A stretch of DNA of 64,000 bases from Obrimoposthia wandeli. Taxonomy: Eukaryota. This document shows, in pieces, positions 47,701 through 61,020 of the stretch; the stretch's first letter is position 1; each line of letters starts with the position of its first letter. The stretch spans positions 248,001 through 312,000 of the forward strand of contig CDROCS010001053.1 of the NCBI GenBank assembly GCA_977020255.1, given 5' to 3'. Made by a program: the position numbers and the translations under genes. The notes under the pieces were generated by a model. It ran no database searches and was not told the DNA's origin. It was given only the letters and a program-made list of their open reading frames with translations.

Positions 47701-48720
47701 TGGGTGAAGTAAAAGTTGGAAAACGGAAAAATGTATTAAATAAATATAGAAAAACTCTTCTAGATATTGCTAATGTAAAAAGTAAAAAAAGGAAACGAAA
47801 TATTATTCTTAAACAGAATGGTGGTTTCATAGGAGTTGTTATTCCAGTTGTTGCTTCAATTATCAGTAGTATTATAGCTGCGACACGTACATAAACAATT
47901 ATTTCTAAAATCAGCTAAAGATATGGGTGCTAAAACTTAAATTTTCTTTCTATTCAAATTGTTGTAATGGAGAAGATATGGTTCAATCCAAAAGATCCAA
48001 TTGGCTACACAGGAGTTTCAAAATTAGCAAAAAGAACAAAACAGAATTACAAGAAACCGCAGAAATAGATGAGCGATCAGTTAGCCTACAGTTTGAACAA
48101 GCCGATAAGAAAGTTTCCAACAAGAGCTTACAAAACCAGCGGTCCTAATAATTTATGGCAAATTGATTTGATGGAGATGATCCCATATTCTTCCATTAAT
48201 AAGGGATACCGATATATTTTAACATGTATTGATGCATTTAGCAGGTTTGCTCGTACAATCCCAGTTAAAGCAAAGTCTTCAATAGCTATGTTTGGAGCCA
48301 TTAAAGAAATATTAAAAAAAGTACAATCCGCAAAAATCTTCACACTGATTTAGGAAAAGAATTTTATAATATGCAAGTTCAATCATTATTGGAACAAAAT
48401 AATATAAATCAGTTCCGGTGTTTTTGCAGTACAAAGCAGCAGTAGTAGAAAGATTTAATCGTACTTTAAGAGATTGAATAAGAAAGTATTTCACAAAAAA
48501 GGAAATAAAAAGTGAATCCAATTTTTGCCTAAAATAATACATGCACATAATCACTCTGAACATAGAAGTCTTAAGGAAATGAGACCTGTTGATTTTTTAC
48601 GAAAAATACATAAAAAAAAACAGAGAACAATAAGATACAAATATTTATTAAATCAAAAAGAAAAAATTAAGTACAATAAATTTGTGACATATAAATTCAA
48701 ACATACAAAAACAATCATTC
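44757..48720 (+). mobile_element. Third copy of the Polinton left-arm gene block (ORF135 partial, ORF160, TBP-like, ORF90, ATPase, pX-like, integrase partial); no TIR
   Basis: Colinear with 5465-9200: ORF160 45175-45657, TBP-like from 45909, ATPase 46734-47380, integrase from ~47922. Confidence 0.9.
47565..47894 (+). CDS. Basic 109-aa protein ending in a QNGG|F hydrophobic tail (adenovirus pX/mu-like core protein candidate)
   Basis: Intact ORF ...KSKKRKRNIILKQNGGFIGVVIPVVASIISSIIAATRT. Damaged copies at 8229-8487, 11122-11449 and ~20830-22990. Confidence 0.7.
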   Translation: MKKIQRSIPYFKALVKASSHKRMIILKAFPSFVVDDLLEVLYNIVLGEVKVGKRKNVLNKYRKTLLDIANVKSKKRKRNIILKQNGGFIGVVIPVVASIISSIIAATRT

Positions 48721-51700
48721 AAGTGAAATCTGGATATCGGTGACCGGATTTTTTCTACGCAGTTTCTCTTATCGTCATTGCTACTCATTGCGATCTTACT
48801 CATATCTACAGAATAGAGATGGGGAATTATTGAACTAATGCGTTGTTGTTTCACTTGTTCACTAACCCCACTCTCATATGTAGCTAAATAATTCACATGG
48901 CGTAGCGCAATCTGCTTGAGGCTAATTCTTTTTGCTCTTATTCGGGACTTTCCGTCTATAGTTTCTAAGCTATATGATTTAGGGCGTAAAAATACCCATT
49001 GCTTATATATACAAACACCCTTACTCTCATCTTTAAACGTGCTTATCGTAAATAAAGGATTGTTTATAGGAAATTTTGATGTGTCTAAAAACCCATCCGA
49101 AATCATTGTTGGCAACAGTGGAGCTAGCACATATACATGATCACACTTTAGTAAAAAAAACTATCAGTGTCACCAGCAATTATTCGAATATCGCAATTAA
49201 ACTGACCTATATATTATTTAATTAAACATATTGAAGCTCATACATTCTTAACTTACTCAAATCCTGAACTGCCTGACCTATATAACTAGGACGATCTAAA
49301 ACGACAGTTTCCATATTTAATAAAACAGCTATTATGTTAGTGTTAATTTCCATAGTCTTACAGAATTGTGCCTTTATACAATAAGTAACAAACTTTTGTG
49401 ACATAATACAAATACGGAGGCTAATTCTTTTCATTAAATTCTCTATTAGCTTACCAAACAGATAATTAACCTTCAATTTCTAATATTCCCGCTCGAAATC
49501 ATTTGCAGCATTGGCCCTTTTTGCGGAATTATTCTCAATATGCTTGGCAAAAACCGTATTGCTCTGTGTACGTAATCTACTTTCATATCAAGTCTTATGT
49601 ACAATTGAATCAATATGAAATGCACAACATAATGCTTTTTAGGGTAATGGGTCAGAAGTAGTTTTGGTTGTTTACTACAAATAAGGCATTCCTTTCGTGG
49701 AGCTAAGGGGAGGTCGTCTAGTTTATCGTGTAGGTCTTCAGAAATGGATACATCCACATCTATCAAATAAGCAAAGCTACTACAACTTAAATCCTTAAAT
49801 GAGAGCTCAGAAATTATAATCTCTAACTCTAACCGGTCAGTTATTTAAAAAATCTCCACATATAAAAATTGGGACATGGTCCAACATAAAGATTATTCAC
49901 ATCAATGTATGAAAGCTCACAATCATTCACTGCATCAACTTTGTGCTCGTACTAAAATGTCATCCCTCCTCTGATGCCTTCACAAAATAAGGAGTACATC
50001 TCTGGATCTTGAACGAACTTCACTTCGATCTCATGTGGTGATGAACTAGAGGAAGTAAATACTTGAGAGCGCTCGCGAATGATAATCCTAGGAAGGAAGA
50101 AATGAAAGATTTTTTAAAAAGAATTGCTACAGAATATTACAGAAAATCAATTACTTAAAATGATTACTAAAATGAGATTTTACTAATAAAATTTACCAGA
50201 AATCGAGAGAAAATTGAGTGGCTCCAGTGAATCGTCGTCGATGGCCTTCTTCCGGAAAGTTTTAAAAAACATCGACAGAGATGTATACGTCGATCTTCAG
50301 GTACAGGAGCATGTAATCCCAAATATATATATAGATGTATTCTTCTCAAACCTTCAGTGCTTGTTCATACTGAACATCTTTGATAGCTTCACTCTATTTA
50401 GGCGGTAGATTTGTGATTGACCGGAGAGCAGTCTCTGAAGTTGTCATGTGATACGGGAATATGCCCGTATATGAATATGAATATGAGAAGACATAATGCG
50501 TAAGTGGAATAACATCCATATAACTAATGAGTTAATCAAGAGAGCTATTTAGAAACTGCAGCAAATCTATAAATTGAATACTCATTCCATGAACGTGCAC
50601 GATCATAGCCTGAAATTTCTCAGTTGATTGGGTTATGATTGAAATATCTCAATGCGAAAACTGAGTTATTGCATGCTTAAGAATATGGTGCATATCATAT
50701 CCTCTTAAGTTATAAAAAATAACAAGAAAAAAACGATTTATTCAACGTGATAAATTACACTTTGAAATTGATACTTCAGGTATTCACGGGTCATAAGGTC
50801 GTGATCCCTGACCTTGTTGACGCAGCGCTTGTTACACAGATAATAAGTAGTAGCTGCATGGAAACTAGCTACCTGCTCCGGTGTCAGCGAGCGCATTACA
50901 GCAAACAGCATGATCTCGATACCATCGAAGAACAACATCCTTAGCCAATTCCTCCAATTTGTTAAGGAAATACACCATACAAGATTCCCCTGTGTAAAAA
51001 GAGTAGTCTTGTGTAAATCCATTCAAAGCAGCTCTGATTGGAGACATCATCATACAGAAGATGAATCTGATGATGAATCCCATGCGGCAGTAAAACTGTT
51101 GCGAAGTTGACATAAACGACAAACGGAAGTGATACCGTTTTACTGAAATCAGTAAAAGCTATATATTTATTCGAAGGCATCTAATAGAGAGTACTTGGCA
51201 TAACTAACTGGATTCCTAAAGCCATGGAGACCCTTATGGCATCAGGTTAAGTGGCAGGTCCCTTATTTCTAAAAATAAACAGAATAATGTTCTAAAATAA
51301 GAAGATTTACCGGTGTTCTCACTCTCAAATCGCGGTAAATTCCCCAGTCACATCGGCATATCGGCCTCATCATAGAAGAGCTCTGCGAAAAAGCACTCAT
51401 ATGGATGAGGTCTTGTAGGGTTACTTTTAAATAAATTCTTAAATTGTACAGCTAAAATACTGTATAAAAAGCAGAAAACGTTGGAACAATACTGTACGTT
51501 CATCACAGCGTGTAAAAGTTGGAATTGGAATATAATTTCGTCCCTGAAGATAATTCATTGTAGTTGTTTTTGTGACAATAAATGATATTTCATGGAAACG
51601 GGATACTTGCCAATTACTCCCATTCTGAGAGTAATTCTTAATTTTTAGATTAAGAGATGCAATTCCATCGGCAATAAACTCACTAATAAATGGAAATCCC

Positions 51701-51870
51701 TTGTATGAAACATTCAATTGCTTTTTCTCCCTATCCTTGGTGAATTCCACCTTCACTCCAAACTGTACCTTAGAGGTAGTAAATTTAGAAATACCTGTGC
51801 GCAGAGTATCAATAAAATAATCTGGCTCATCCAAAATCATTATCTCTTCATTTGAAAATTCAAAATAGAG
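48700..51870 (-). pseudogene. polB: Protein-primed family B DNA polymerase (pPolB), decayed
   Basis: QNGSNWQV...LQGRNYIPIP; FVVYVNF; VRDHD; DDLPLAP...KLLLTHYPKKHYVVH; RPSYIGQAVQDLSKLRMY; LRPKSYS...KIAMSSNDDKR. Confidence 0.85.
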
Positions 51871-51989
51871 TGTTTCTGTTGAATCCCTTAAGCCCGATCT
51901 AATTGATGTATTAGGGTGTACTCTTTACGCAACACAGCTAGCAGGGATAACACTCCGACAATCCCCCGCACTAATTCTATTTGATGCAG

Positions 51990-52463
51990 AGCTACCTGAA
52001 GTGGGCATAACATTTCTCTATCGGGTAGATGCACTACTAAATGTTCAAAGAAAATGGTTACGACCTGCTGGAATGCTTGTGATGGCGACAGGAATAGTAT
52101 GAGGTATATCAGCAGTAATATGAGCAGTAAAACCAACAGTAGAGAATTTGGTGATAGCAGATCGTGCAGCAGGAATAGCTTTGGCGAGAGAAGATCGTGC
52201 AGCATTGAAAATGTATTTCTTGCCTTGAAACTGGAAATGCGTTAGGTGATCTCCATGTCGATCTGCAAAACTCATCCAGTCGATCTGTTCTGCTGACTAA
52301 CACACTGGGCAGACAAAGAATATTTTCTCATTGTTGAGTACTTCAAAATACTGCTCCCTCTGAGCTTGACCCTCGTCGTGATTCGTGTTGAAACACAGCT
52401 TTCTTCGCATATTGCAATTCTAAAATAAATTTAAAATACTTTTTGGGAAAACAATCTTACCAT
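51990..52463 (-). pseudogene. Small spliced Polinton gene with FFVCPxC...HGDHL motif
   Basis: ATG|GTAAG 41-nt intron (52460-52420), then ...EKIFFVCPVC*...DRHGDHLTHF; homologous to 61678-62330. Confidence 0.55.
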
Positions 52464-52619
52464 TTTCTAAGTTTGTTTGTAGAAGAACTGATTTCTACTT
52501 CGTCGAACCTTCTATACTAAAAAGACGATGTGTGTTAATTACATACAAGCAATTAACTCCTACCATAATTCAAGCACACATGTTTGTATTGCATAACTTT
52601 CAGCATGACAACTAACATT

Positions 52620-53108
52620 GCCGCTTCAAAATTAAGAAATCCAAACTAAACTTAGACATTTCTTATATGCACAATGCATTCCATGTTCTTTAAATGGAAA
52701 TTTAATATTATAGGGAATGGGAGCTAACTGTTTAAATGTTTTGGAGTAATTAAATGTTTATAATTCTGGGAAATGTTTCTTAATTTTTTAAACTTTTTCT
52801 TCAACATGTTCATCTAAAATATAGAATATTGCCTTTGAAACATCACACATGCATTTGATTTCATAATTTATTTCAACTATATTGAAATAACAATTCCCAT
52901 TAGTTAAGTCCAATTTATGATAATGATTAACTAATTATCTATTGATTTTACTTGATTTACGACTTATTGAATTCCAAATAGATTTCATTTTAAATACATA
53001 ATTCCATGGATGTAAAATATTATCTACATTCATTATACATAATTCCTTTATTACAAATGCATTATCTTCTTTGAATACCTCAAAATCAATAAACCCTGTA
53101 CTCATGAT
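52620..53108 (-). pseudogene. DEDD/DnaQ-like exonuclease-type accessory gene
   Basis: MSTGFIDFEVFKEDNAFVIKELCI...HP...HGMHCAYKKCLSL; homologous to 61021-61419. Confidence 0.55.
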
Positions 53109-53129
53109 GATAAAAATTTCTTGTTTCTA

Positions 53130-53450
53130 CTTTTTTGTTTTTAAAGTCAGCATAATAGACAAAGCTGACCGTATGATCTTGTTAAAATGTTTTGAACATG
53201 TGTTTTATTGAAATACACTTTTTTATTAGAATCAAGTACTTTGGATGTTAATTTTTATGGATAATATAATCCAAGATGACCAACTATTTCTTTTTTCTCA
53301 AGATGTATTGCAATCCAATGTTCACCTCGTAAATTAGATGAATGTGTATTGATTACATATCCACCCAGGTGAGTCAATGATGGGATACAATCAAGACTGA
53401 AAACTCTATTTAAACGCAATCCTATTAGTTTTCTCCCTCTTATTTATATC
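53130..53450 (-). pseudogene. Adenain-like cysteine protease (virion maturation)
   Basis: GGYVINTHSSNLRGEHWIAIHL (catalytic His) and VQNILTRSYGQLC (oxyanion Gln; the catalytic Cys position appears mutated to Tyr). Confidence 0.75.
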
Positions 53451-53469
53451 TCGTTGAAACTAAACTATA

Positions 53470-54775
53470 TGTTAATTTATTCAAGTAAATCGGACTTACT
53501 TCATTTATATCTTATTGTCGCTTTCATTCTGTTTATACTAGTACAGTTTCGCCCTAAGTGATTTGTATTTCAAAATCAAGTACTCCATAGATTATGATAT
53601 TAGTTGGATTTTCAAGTGCTTTTCTAAACTTGATTTCTACTTTCAAATTTCTTTGTTCGGAATTTGAGCTTGATTAATATCGAAATTCGGAGAAAGAACA
53701 AAATAAGAATAGTGTATATTTATCTTTGACAACTTTCAATGAAATACCGACATTAGAATCCTTATCCAAATGACCAAGATTTATAATTAGAGATTGCACA
53801 TAAGAAGAAACATAATCATCATTTTCAAAGTCATTATCGTTTATTGATAATCATTATTACGTGCAACTTTAATTGAGTTCATATTCATATACCAAATTGA
53901 GAAACTTCCTTTATTGAGCATCATCCATAGGTCGACTTTCCCTGGAAAGTAATCAAATCAAAGTTTGGGAGATGCATATCGCCGAAAATTTGGTTCTTGT
54001 AATAGAAAAGCGCTCCCATGGGAATTTCATAAAAAACAAAATGAAAAAAAAAAGTTTTCTTCTGGGATAACATGCATTTTGCTTCTATATACTCATTTGG
54101 TGTCCGATAAGTACTGGCCGTGTTACTTTTACTCTACAAACCATCAACTTTGCTTCTTTAATCTCAATTGCAGGAGTAATTGTTTCAGCACAAACAATAC
54201 TGAAACCTACTAGGTTTCTCTTCATTATAATATGGACATATATTCCAGGCAAAATATACATTAGCTGCTTAAACAAATCCAAATGAAGACTTTCACATTA
54301 TGACAATATCTTAAGCTTTTCAATCCACGCTTTTCTGTTCTCTTTGTCATCATCAAATCCAATAGCATCAAGATTAATCAATTTCGTATCATTACCGTAA
54401 TTCAGTAATGTTTCAATCATTGTTTTATGCGTATAACTAGTATTATTTCCTTCAACCTTTACATTATTGAAACTGAAAATCACATCCTTAAATAAAGTAT
54501 GAAACATAAAATTGGCCGCTTTGATTTCCCTATCATCATCTAGTTTATCTACTCCTTCCTCTGTAACCTTCAATTTCACAAGAGGTAGACTATCATTCAA
54601 GTCAAGATATTGAGAATTCGATCTATTTATATAGATTTCCAAATCCGGAGAAGAAGTTCCACTAACGGTATTTGTTGGAAATATTTCCTCAAAACTAGCA
54701 CTATGAATTACTACATGAGGTAATGGTTTATCAAAAATACACAATTCGATTTTAGCACAACTCATTTCGTGAAAT
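53470..54775 (-). pseudogene. Major capsid (double jelly-roll, hexon-like/PY) protein, decayed
   Basis: SCAKIELCIF..P...FEEIFP...EIYI..S.SQYLDLNDS...KLKV matches the Polinton major-capsid N-terminus; the 3' boundary is approximate. Confidence 0.75.
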
Positions 54776-54779
54776 TTGC

Positions 54780-56290
54780 ACCTTTCAAACGCTTGTTTAT
54801 ACCTGTTCTTTTAATTGATTTCTTACGTTTATATCCACTTCTTTTTTGTTTTTTCAAAAATCATCTAGATTAGGAAAGTTTTCATCTACCTCATCCAGAG
54901 CCGAATTTCTGAGCGTTGGAAGAAATTTTTCGTTTCCAGATAAGTACTTGGATCAAACTTTAGCAATACATTTCTCAAGTCGTTTAAGTAGAGGGAAAGG
55001 AAAGTGACCACAAACTTTCATCGATCCTGATCCATACTGTTTTCCATCAAAATAAGGTAAATCACATCCTTGCATAGGTTTACTATATGCATTAATTATG
55101 CTTGAATCAATCATATTTTTCTAAAATGTATTGTTAAATTTGTTTTAGCTCCGAATTAAAATTTAATTAATCTTCCAGAATCATCCCAAATATTAACTTC
55201 AATGTTGTTTATAAAGCTTGAACTTACTGAAATATTCATTGGATTGTCAAATGGAATATGTACAATATCTCCATACTTGTACTTTTCCTATTGTACCCAA
55301 ATAGATTTTATTAATGGGAGTTTATTTCCACCTACAGATATCGGTCCAGTAATACTTGCGTAAATATAAATCTGATTATTTGTATTACTTAGCTTTAACC
55401 AATTAGATACTTGGAAAACTTAATTAAGATTTTTAAAAATGTTTTTTATTGAATCCAATAATTGTAGCTAAATTTTTATCCATAGTTATTTATTTTATAT
55501 GTAGTTTCAATTTAAACTTAATTATCTCCTTTTTAACATAAAAAACTTTCAAATATATTATCAATATTTTTCATGAAATATTGACAAAGACTTTCAACAT
55601 TGGAAAATAAGCAATCATTTCCGAACGTATACTGCTCATGCACATCCTCTTGATTATAATGATACATCTTTATCTTTAAAGTCGGTAATCCATATATTTG
55701 ATCAGGTAATTCCGATTCATTAAACATACTTTCAATAGCAGCTTCTTTCTTGCCGTAACTTAATGCTAAACTTTTATTATCAATTTTTAATTTGAAAGCA
55801 TGTTTTTTAAAGCGAGTTATACGTATTTTTCTTTAAGGTATATAACATATTTATTATTATTTGGAGTTATATACTTGACGTAAAATTATCCATGTTTCAT
55901 TTTCAAACCCGCTTTTACTTCAGTTTTATTGTTTTTTCCTCTTCATTATCTAATATTATTCCCCTTTAAGGGATAAATGAGAATAATTAAATGAAAATTC
56001 TGTTAGAGCAGCTTCCCAATGCCCAGGTAAATTTATTGAACTCTGATAATTTACAAGTTTATTTACAACTTCACACTGATTACGTTGTTGCCATATTTCC
56101 ATAGCATTTTCGTTGGAAATATCTATCGGCCTCTTACCCTCCAATGATGAGTGCTCATTGTGTTTATATGCATGTATAATTGTAGGTAAAACGGTGATCC
56201 AAACCTTATTACCGACTTTAGTGAAATACCTTTTCAAACGTTATCTCAACGTTCGAATAAATCTATCAACTAGCGCAGCTTTATAGCCAA
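54780..56290 (-). pseudogene. Integrase C-part, minor capsid (internally deleted) and QxGxG-motif small protein relics
   Basis: KAALVDRFIRTLR...KVWITVLP; INLPGHWEAALTEFSF; IYIYASITGPISVG...NIEVNIWDDSG; QGCDLPYFDGKQYGSG. Confidence 0.65.
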
Positions 56291-58578
56291 AATATTTTTT
56301 TTCCATTAACTGTATTCTTAAACGGGCCACAAAAATCTCTATATAAACTTTCTTATGGCTCATTGGCAGATAATGTTATAACATTTTCTTTATTACGTCT
56401 TGTATAAGTCTTTCTTTTCTGACAAATCGTTCATGATTTAACTATACTTCTGGTCATATTTTCCGAATCTTTTATATAAAAACTATTTTTAATCTGACTT
56501 AATACTTTCATTGTGCCAGTATGAAATAAATCTTTGTGCAATTGACCAACAAAAGCTGACATCTCTTCTAAGGGATGTATATTTTCCAACTACGATAAAT
56601 ATTATCAGAATGTATACTGAATTCACAGTTTTCATTATTGTCAATTGGTTTTCTGATGTTAAATATCTCTTTTGAAAACTGTTTTAATTCGTGAATTTTT
56701 GATACTTCTGATATAACTAACATTCTCGTTTTCAACTTTTCTGTCTTTCGATTTATATGCGTCAAATGGCATTGTTTACATGTGTCAATATTCATCCGTG
56801 AAAGAGCATCAGCATTTCCATGCAAGTCTTTTTTTTTAATATCAAGACTACTCAAAAGGTTCATCCAATTTTGAAATTGTGATGTAATCGGCTTTTTTGT
56901 TGTCATCATGAATGTAATTGCCTTATGATCCGTTCTTAGAAGAAACTTTTTCCCATATAAAAAATGTTTAAAGTTCTGAGTAAAATGAAATACTGATAAA
57001 AGTTCCTTACGGGTTATACAATAACCGATTTCATGTTTACTCATACTCTTCGATCCATACGCAATGACTCTTTCATTGCTATTTTCATTTAACTGCGATA
57101 AAACTGTTCCAATTGTGTCAAAACTGGCATCTGTATATAAGATAAATTCCTTCTTAAAATTAGGATGAGCTAAAATTGGAGATTTTAACATTTGCAGTTT
57201 CAAAATATTAAAAACATTTTTACATTTCTCGCTCCACATCAATGTTTTCTCTGTTGTGGTAGTCAAACTTTATAATGGCTTGGAAAATTGCGAATAATTT
57301 TTAATGAAGTTTCTATAATAATTCGCAAGACCCATAAAGCTTCGTAAGTGTTTCACACGTGTTAGTTTCTTGAAATCAACTAATTACTTTATTTTTTCCT
57401 GATCAGTTTTTATTCGTTCTTTATTTATAACGTGTTGAAGAAACTTCAATTCATCAACACAAAATTTACATTTTTCCGAATTAATCCTCAGTCCTGACTC
57501 TGCTATTCGTCCAAATAATTTTCGAAATCTTATTTTATGTTCTTTTATAGAATTAGTAAATATTAAAATATCATCTAAATATACTAAAGCTTCAGTTCAA
57601 ATCATATCTTTAAAGATAATTGTCATTTATTTTTGAAATGTTGACGTAGCTGCTGCAATTTCGAAAGGCATTCTATTGAAGCAATATTGTCCAAACTTCG
57701 TAGAGAAAGCTGTTTTATGTTTACTTTCTTCATCTAATTCAACCTGATAATAAACACCTTCTATGTCTATTGATGAAAAGTATTTTGCGCCATAAAGTGC
57801 ATCAAGCTTTTATTCAACATTAGGAATTGGTAAAGCAGGTCTTATGGTATTTTTATTCAATAATCTGAAATCTAAGCACATTCTAATATCTGTTGTATTT
57901 TTATTTTATATGCATAGTATTTATTATGCATAGTAATTCCACAGTGATTCACATTTAGATATTATTCCATTTTCTTCGAGATTTTCAACTAATTCTAGAA
58001 TCTTTGTTTCATAGTGCATTTGTTGTTGACGAGGTTTGATATTTATTAGAGTACATTCATTCAATATTCTATGTTTTAGTACCTCGGTTTTTCCTATGTC
58101 CTAATTATCTTTCATAAATATATTTCCAAATTCTTTACAGATTGGTAAAACTTCCTTTATATTTTCGGTACACGTTTTCAAAAATGTTTTACAACGATCA
58201 TCTTGACTTACTGAAAAACCAAATTTATTTTCTAAATTATTTACTTCATTTAATAATTTTTCATCGATGTTTTTCACGGAACTTAAACGATCAAATTCGG
58301 CCTATTTAAAATTCAACTTTACCAAAATATTGAATCCTAAAATTATGCTCGGTTTAATTTCTTTCGCAACTTAGAAAAATCCAACTATGTTTTTTAATTT
58401 GTGATCCAAAGCTGTACATAATGTACCTAATATTTCCTTTAGCAGATGAAACGTTATTTTTATTCATAATCTTATTCATTCTACAATTAATTATATCTAA
58501 AACATCTTTACTTATTACACTTATTTTAGCACCAGTATCTAATAAACAACTTATTTTTATATTATTCAACTCAATGTT
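56290..58578 (-). mobile_element. pol: Ty3/Gypsy pol fragment (protease, RT, RNase H, start of integrase)
   Basis: LLDTGA; YFSSID...KTAF...RMPF; VYLDDILIF; ILYTDAS...IAYGS...KELL...LRTDHKA; DFCGPF. Cut at 58578 by the Polinton insertion. Confidence 0.9.
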
Positions 58579-59121
58579 AGTAGGTGGATGTGTCCGGTCT
58601 AATCCACCCCTCCTCCCGCGGGAGCTACAACTATCCTTTAAAACCGTACATGTGTGTGGAGTGAAATTTCGTGCATGTGTGTACGCGAATTTTTATTTTT
58701 TTTAAATTGAAAAAGCAACGAATAGGGGAAGAGTACCCCTTTGGGGCGGGCTTTATTCTAGTTTTCCGGGCGCGAAAATAACTAAAAAAATAATACCCTC
58801 CGATCGCTATAGTATTTTTCTTTCACTTTAACCATCTATACATACCCCCAAAAAATACCACCCACCGAATAATCCACACCCACCGAATCACACCACCCAC
58901 GACCCATACCCCACCCCAAAAAAGGTTTTTCGCCCCTCCTGGGGCAAAACACTCCGCCAACTGCCCGCCCCTTCGGGGCGGGCTTTATTCTCAATCTTGA
59001 GGTGTGAAAATAACTTTTTAAAAAAATTTAATAAAACGCTCTCATTGGACTATTAAAGAGGGTTAGTAAGATGTTTGTGTATATAAAGACACCTCCGTTC
59101 ATTCTTTTTCATAAATCAAAA

Positions 59122-61014
59122 ATGCCATTCTACAACAACGTCACTTTGGATCAAGAGACGGAGGTTCACCTGTATGGAGATCTCTCTCCAGTACAGCAGC
59201 GAACGCCGCCACCGTCGCAATACATGGACTTACTTAGTCAAAACTCGTCGGTGGTGAGCGAAGGAGAAACAGCAGCAAGAGCGAACCTGTTAGAAGAAGA
59301 AGCCCCATTGGCCAGCTCAACTCCTAGAGAAGAATCACTGGATGTGAGAGGTGGGATACAGAAAACCCAATATATCAACCTGACTAGTCAGGATTCGATT
59401 GAGAATTGGGAAGACTGTACTCCCCGTCAGAACCCATAAGCCACTCGTCCAGCAACATCGGCAGTAGCAGCAAGGAGATCCAATCTCTTCGACAATTTTG
59501 AGGCGGCAATCAAACACCCCTGGAAATTGATCCCGCTCTCTTAGCTGGAGATAGTCCTCACACCAGACTCAGATGAGGAGCTGTTCACTGATGACGTACC
59601 GTTGGATGGGGAGGAGGACTGGACTTCATTCATCGACGAATGGATACAGCCAAGTATCGGAGCCCCAGGAGCCAACGATTCGATGGTAGCAGAATTGGAC
59701 GAAGACGAGTGGCACCTGTTCACCGACGATTGAGATGGCCTCACTCCAACTCCGAAAGCGGATAATACAGTGCCTGAACCATTCAAAAGGCCGAAATATC
59801 CGATACGTGCTGTTAGGAGAATAAAAGTGACGAATGAGGTTAGCCTATTAATTTATTTTAAATGTTTTTTAATTTCATTTTCAGAAACTTCAACTGGATT
59901 TGGCACCGTCAGTGACCACGACGGAGAAACTGATAGAATCGCAGTACTTGGCGAGTCAATGCAGCCAGGAGCTGCTAAGGAGTGAGCTCCAATACCTAGC
60001 GTCTCCAGATAATTTTAACGTAAATTATTTTTTATTTAGATATTAAATTTAATAATTCATTTAGGTGGAGATTATTCTCAAAGAGGTGACACATATTCAA
60101 CCAGTGGATAGGAAGCAAGCGGCGGTTAAAAAACCTCGACGCCATCAGGTCAAAACCCACACGATCCATCGGAAGAAGACTAAGTTGGTGAAACAGGCTA
60201 ACCTGCCCGTCATTGAGGTAAATTATTTATATGTTTAAATTTTATTAATATTTTTGTTGTAGGAACCCGTCCGGATAATTGAGGAGACATGGGGAGAAAT
60301 TACTCCTTTCCCCAAGAAACAGATGAAGCGAGCAGAGGTGAAGAAGACGAAGCGCTCGAGAAAATTCTGCACCACAATTCGCCATTCTTCTGAGGCGGTG
60401 ATTAGTCAGCAGAAGATTCTTCCATCTCCAGTGGATGACGGGCCAATTCTGTACGAGAGAATACATGTCTCTCCGATCGAGATTAGTCCACCACCGAGTC
60501 AACGACGCCTTCAGGAGACAGTACGGGCTCCATTAAATATCAGTCAAAATTTGGCTAGGGATTGGGGGCTGCTTCTCCTCGTCCAACAACCAGCCAGAAC
60601 TTGAAGAGGGCCTGGGATGAAGCTGGATTGGACAAATTCCTGGCGGAACTAGATACACCAGCAATGCTTCCAGATTCGCGAGGGCAACAAGATGCTGTCT
60701 CATGTCAGCTTCAGCGTGAGAAGGAGGAGAAACTAAAGAAAGCTCTGCAGGAGAGGAAGGCTACTACTTCTAAGTCGGGGCCATCAACATCGGCTGCACC
60801 TCCTCCCAAAAAGTTGCGGCAACTACTGCTAAAATCTCAGGCAACGTCAATTATTGCACAACAACCGGTGAAGCCGAAAAAGAAACCTGGCCAGCCAAAG
60901 AAGAATGAGCCAGTACTGCTTTCTCCAATTAAAAACAGTCAAAGGAATTTCGATGAGGATGATCCCAGTGATGACTTTGTGAGGATTTTTAAAAATATAA
61001 TTTATAAAAAATAA
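59122..61014 (+). pseudogene. Large multi-exon Polinton accessory gene (acidic, Pro/Ser-rich and Lys-rich blocks)
   Basis: Starts MPFYNN. Three phase-0 introns (59839-59884, 60020-60064, 60218-60262) keep an open frame; stops and frameshifts occur at ~59437-59740 and ~60560. Confidence 0.7.
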
Positions 61015-61020
61015 TTTCAT

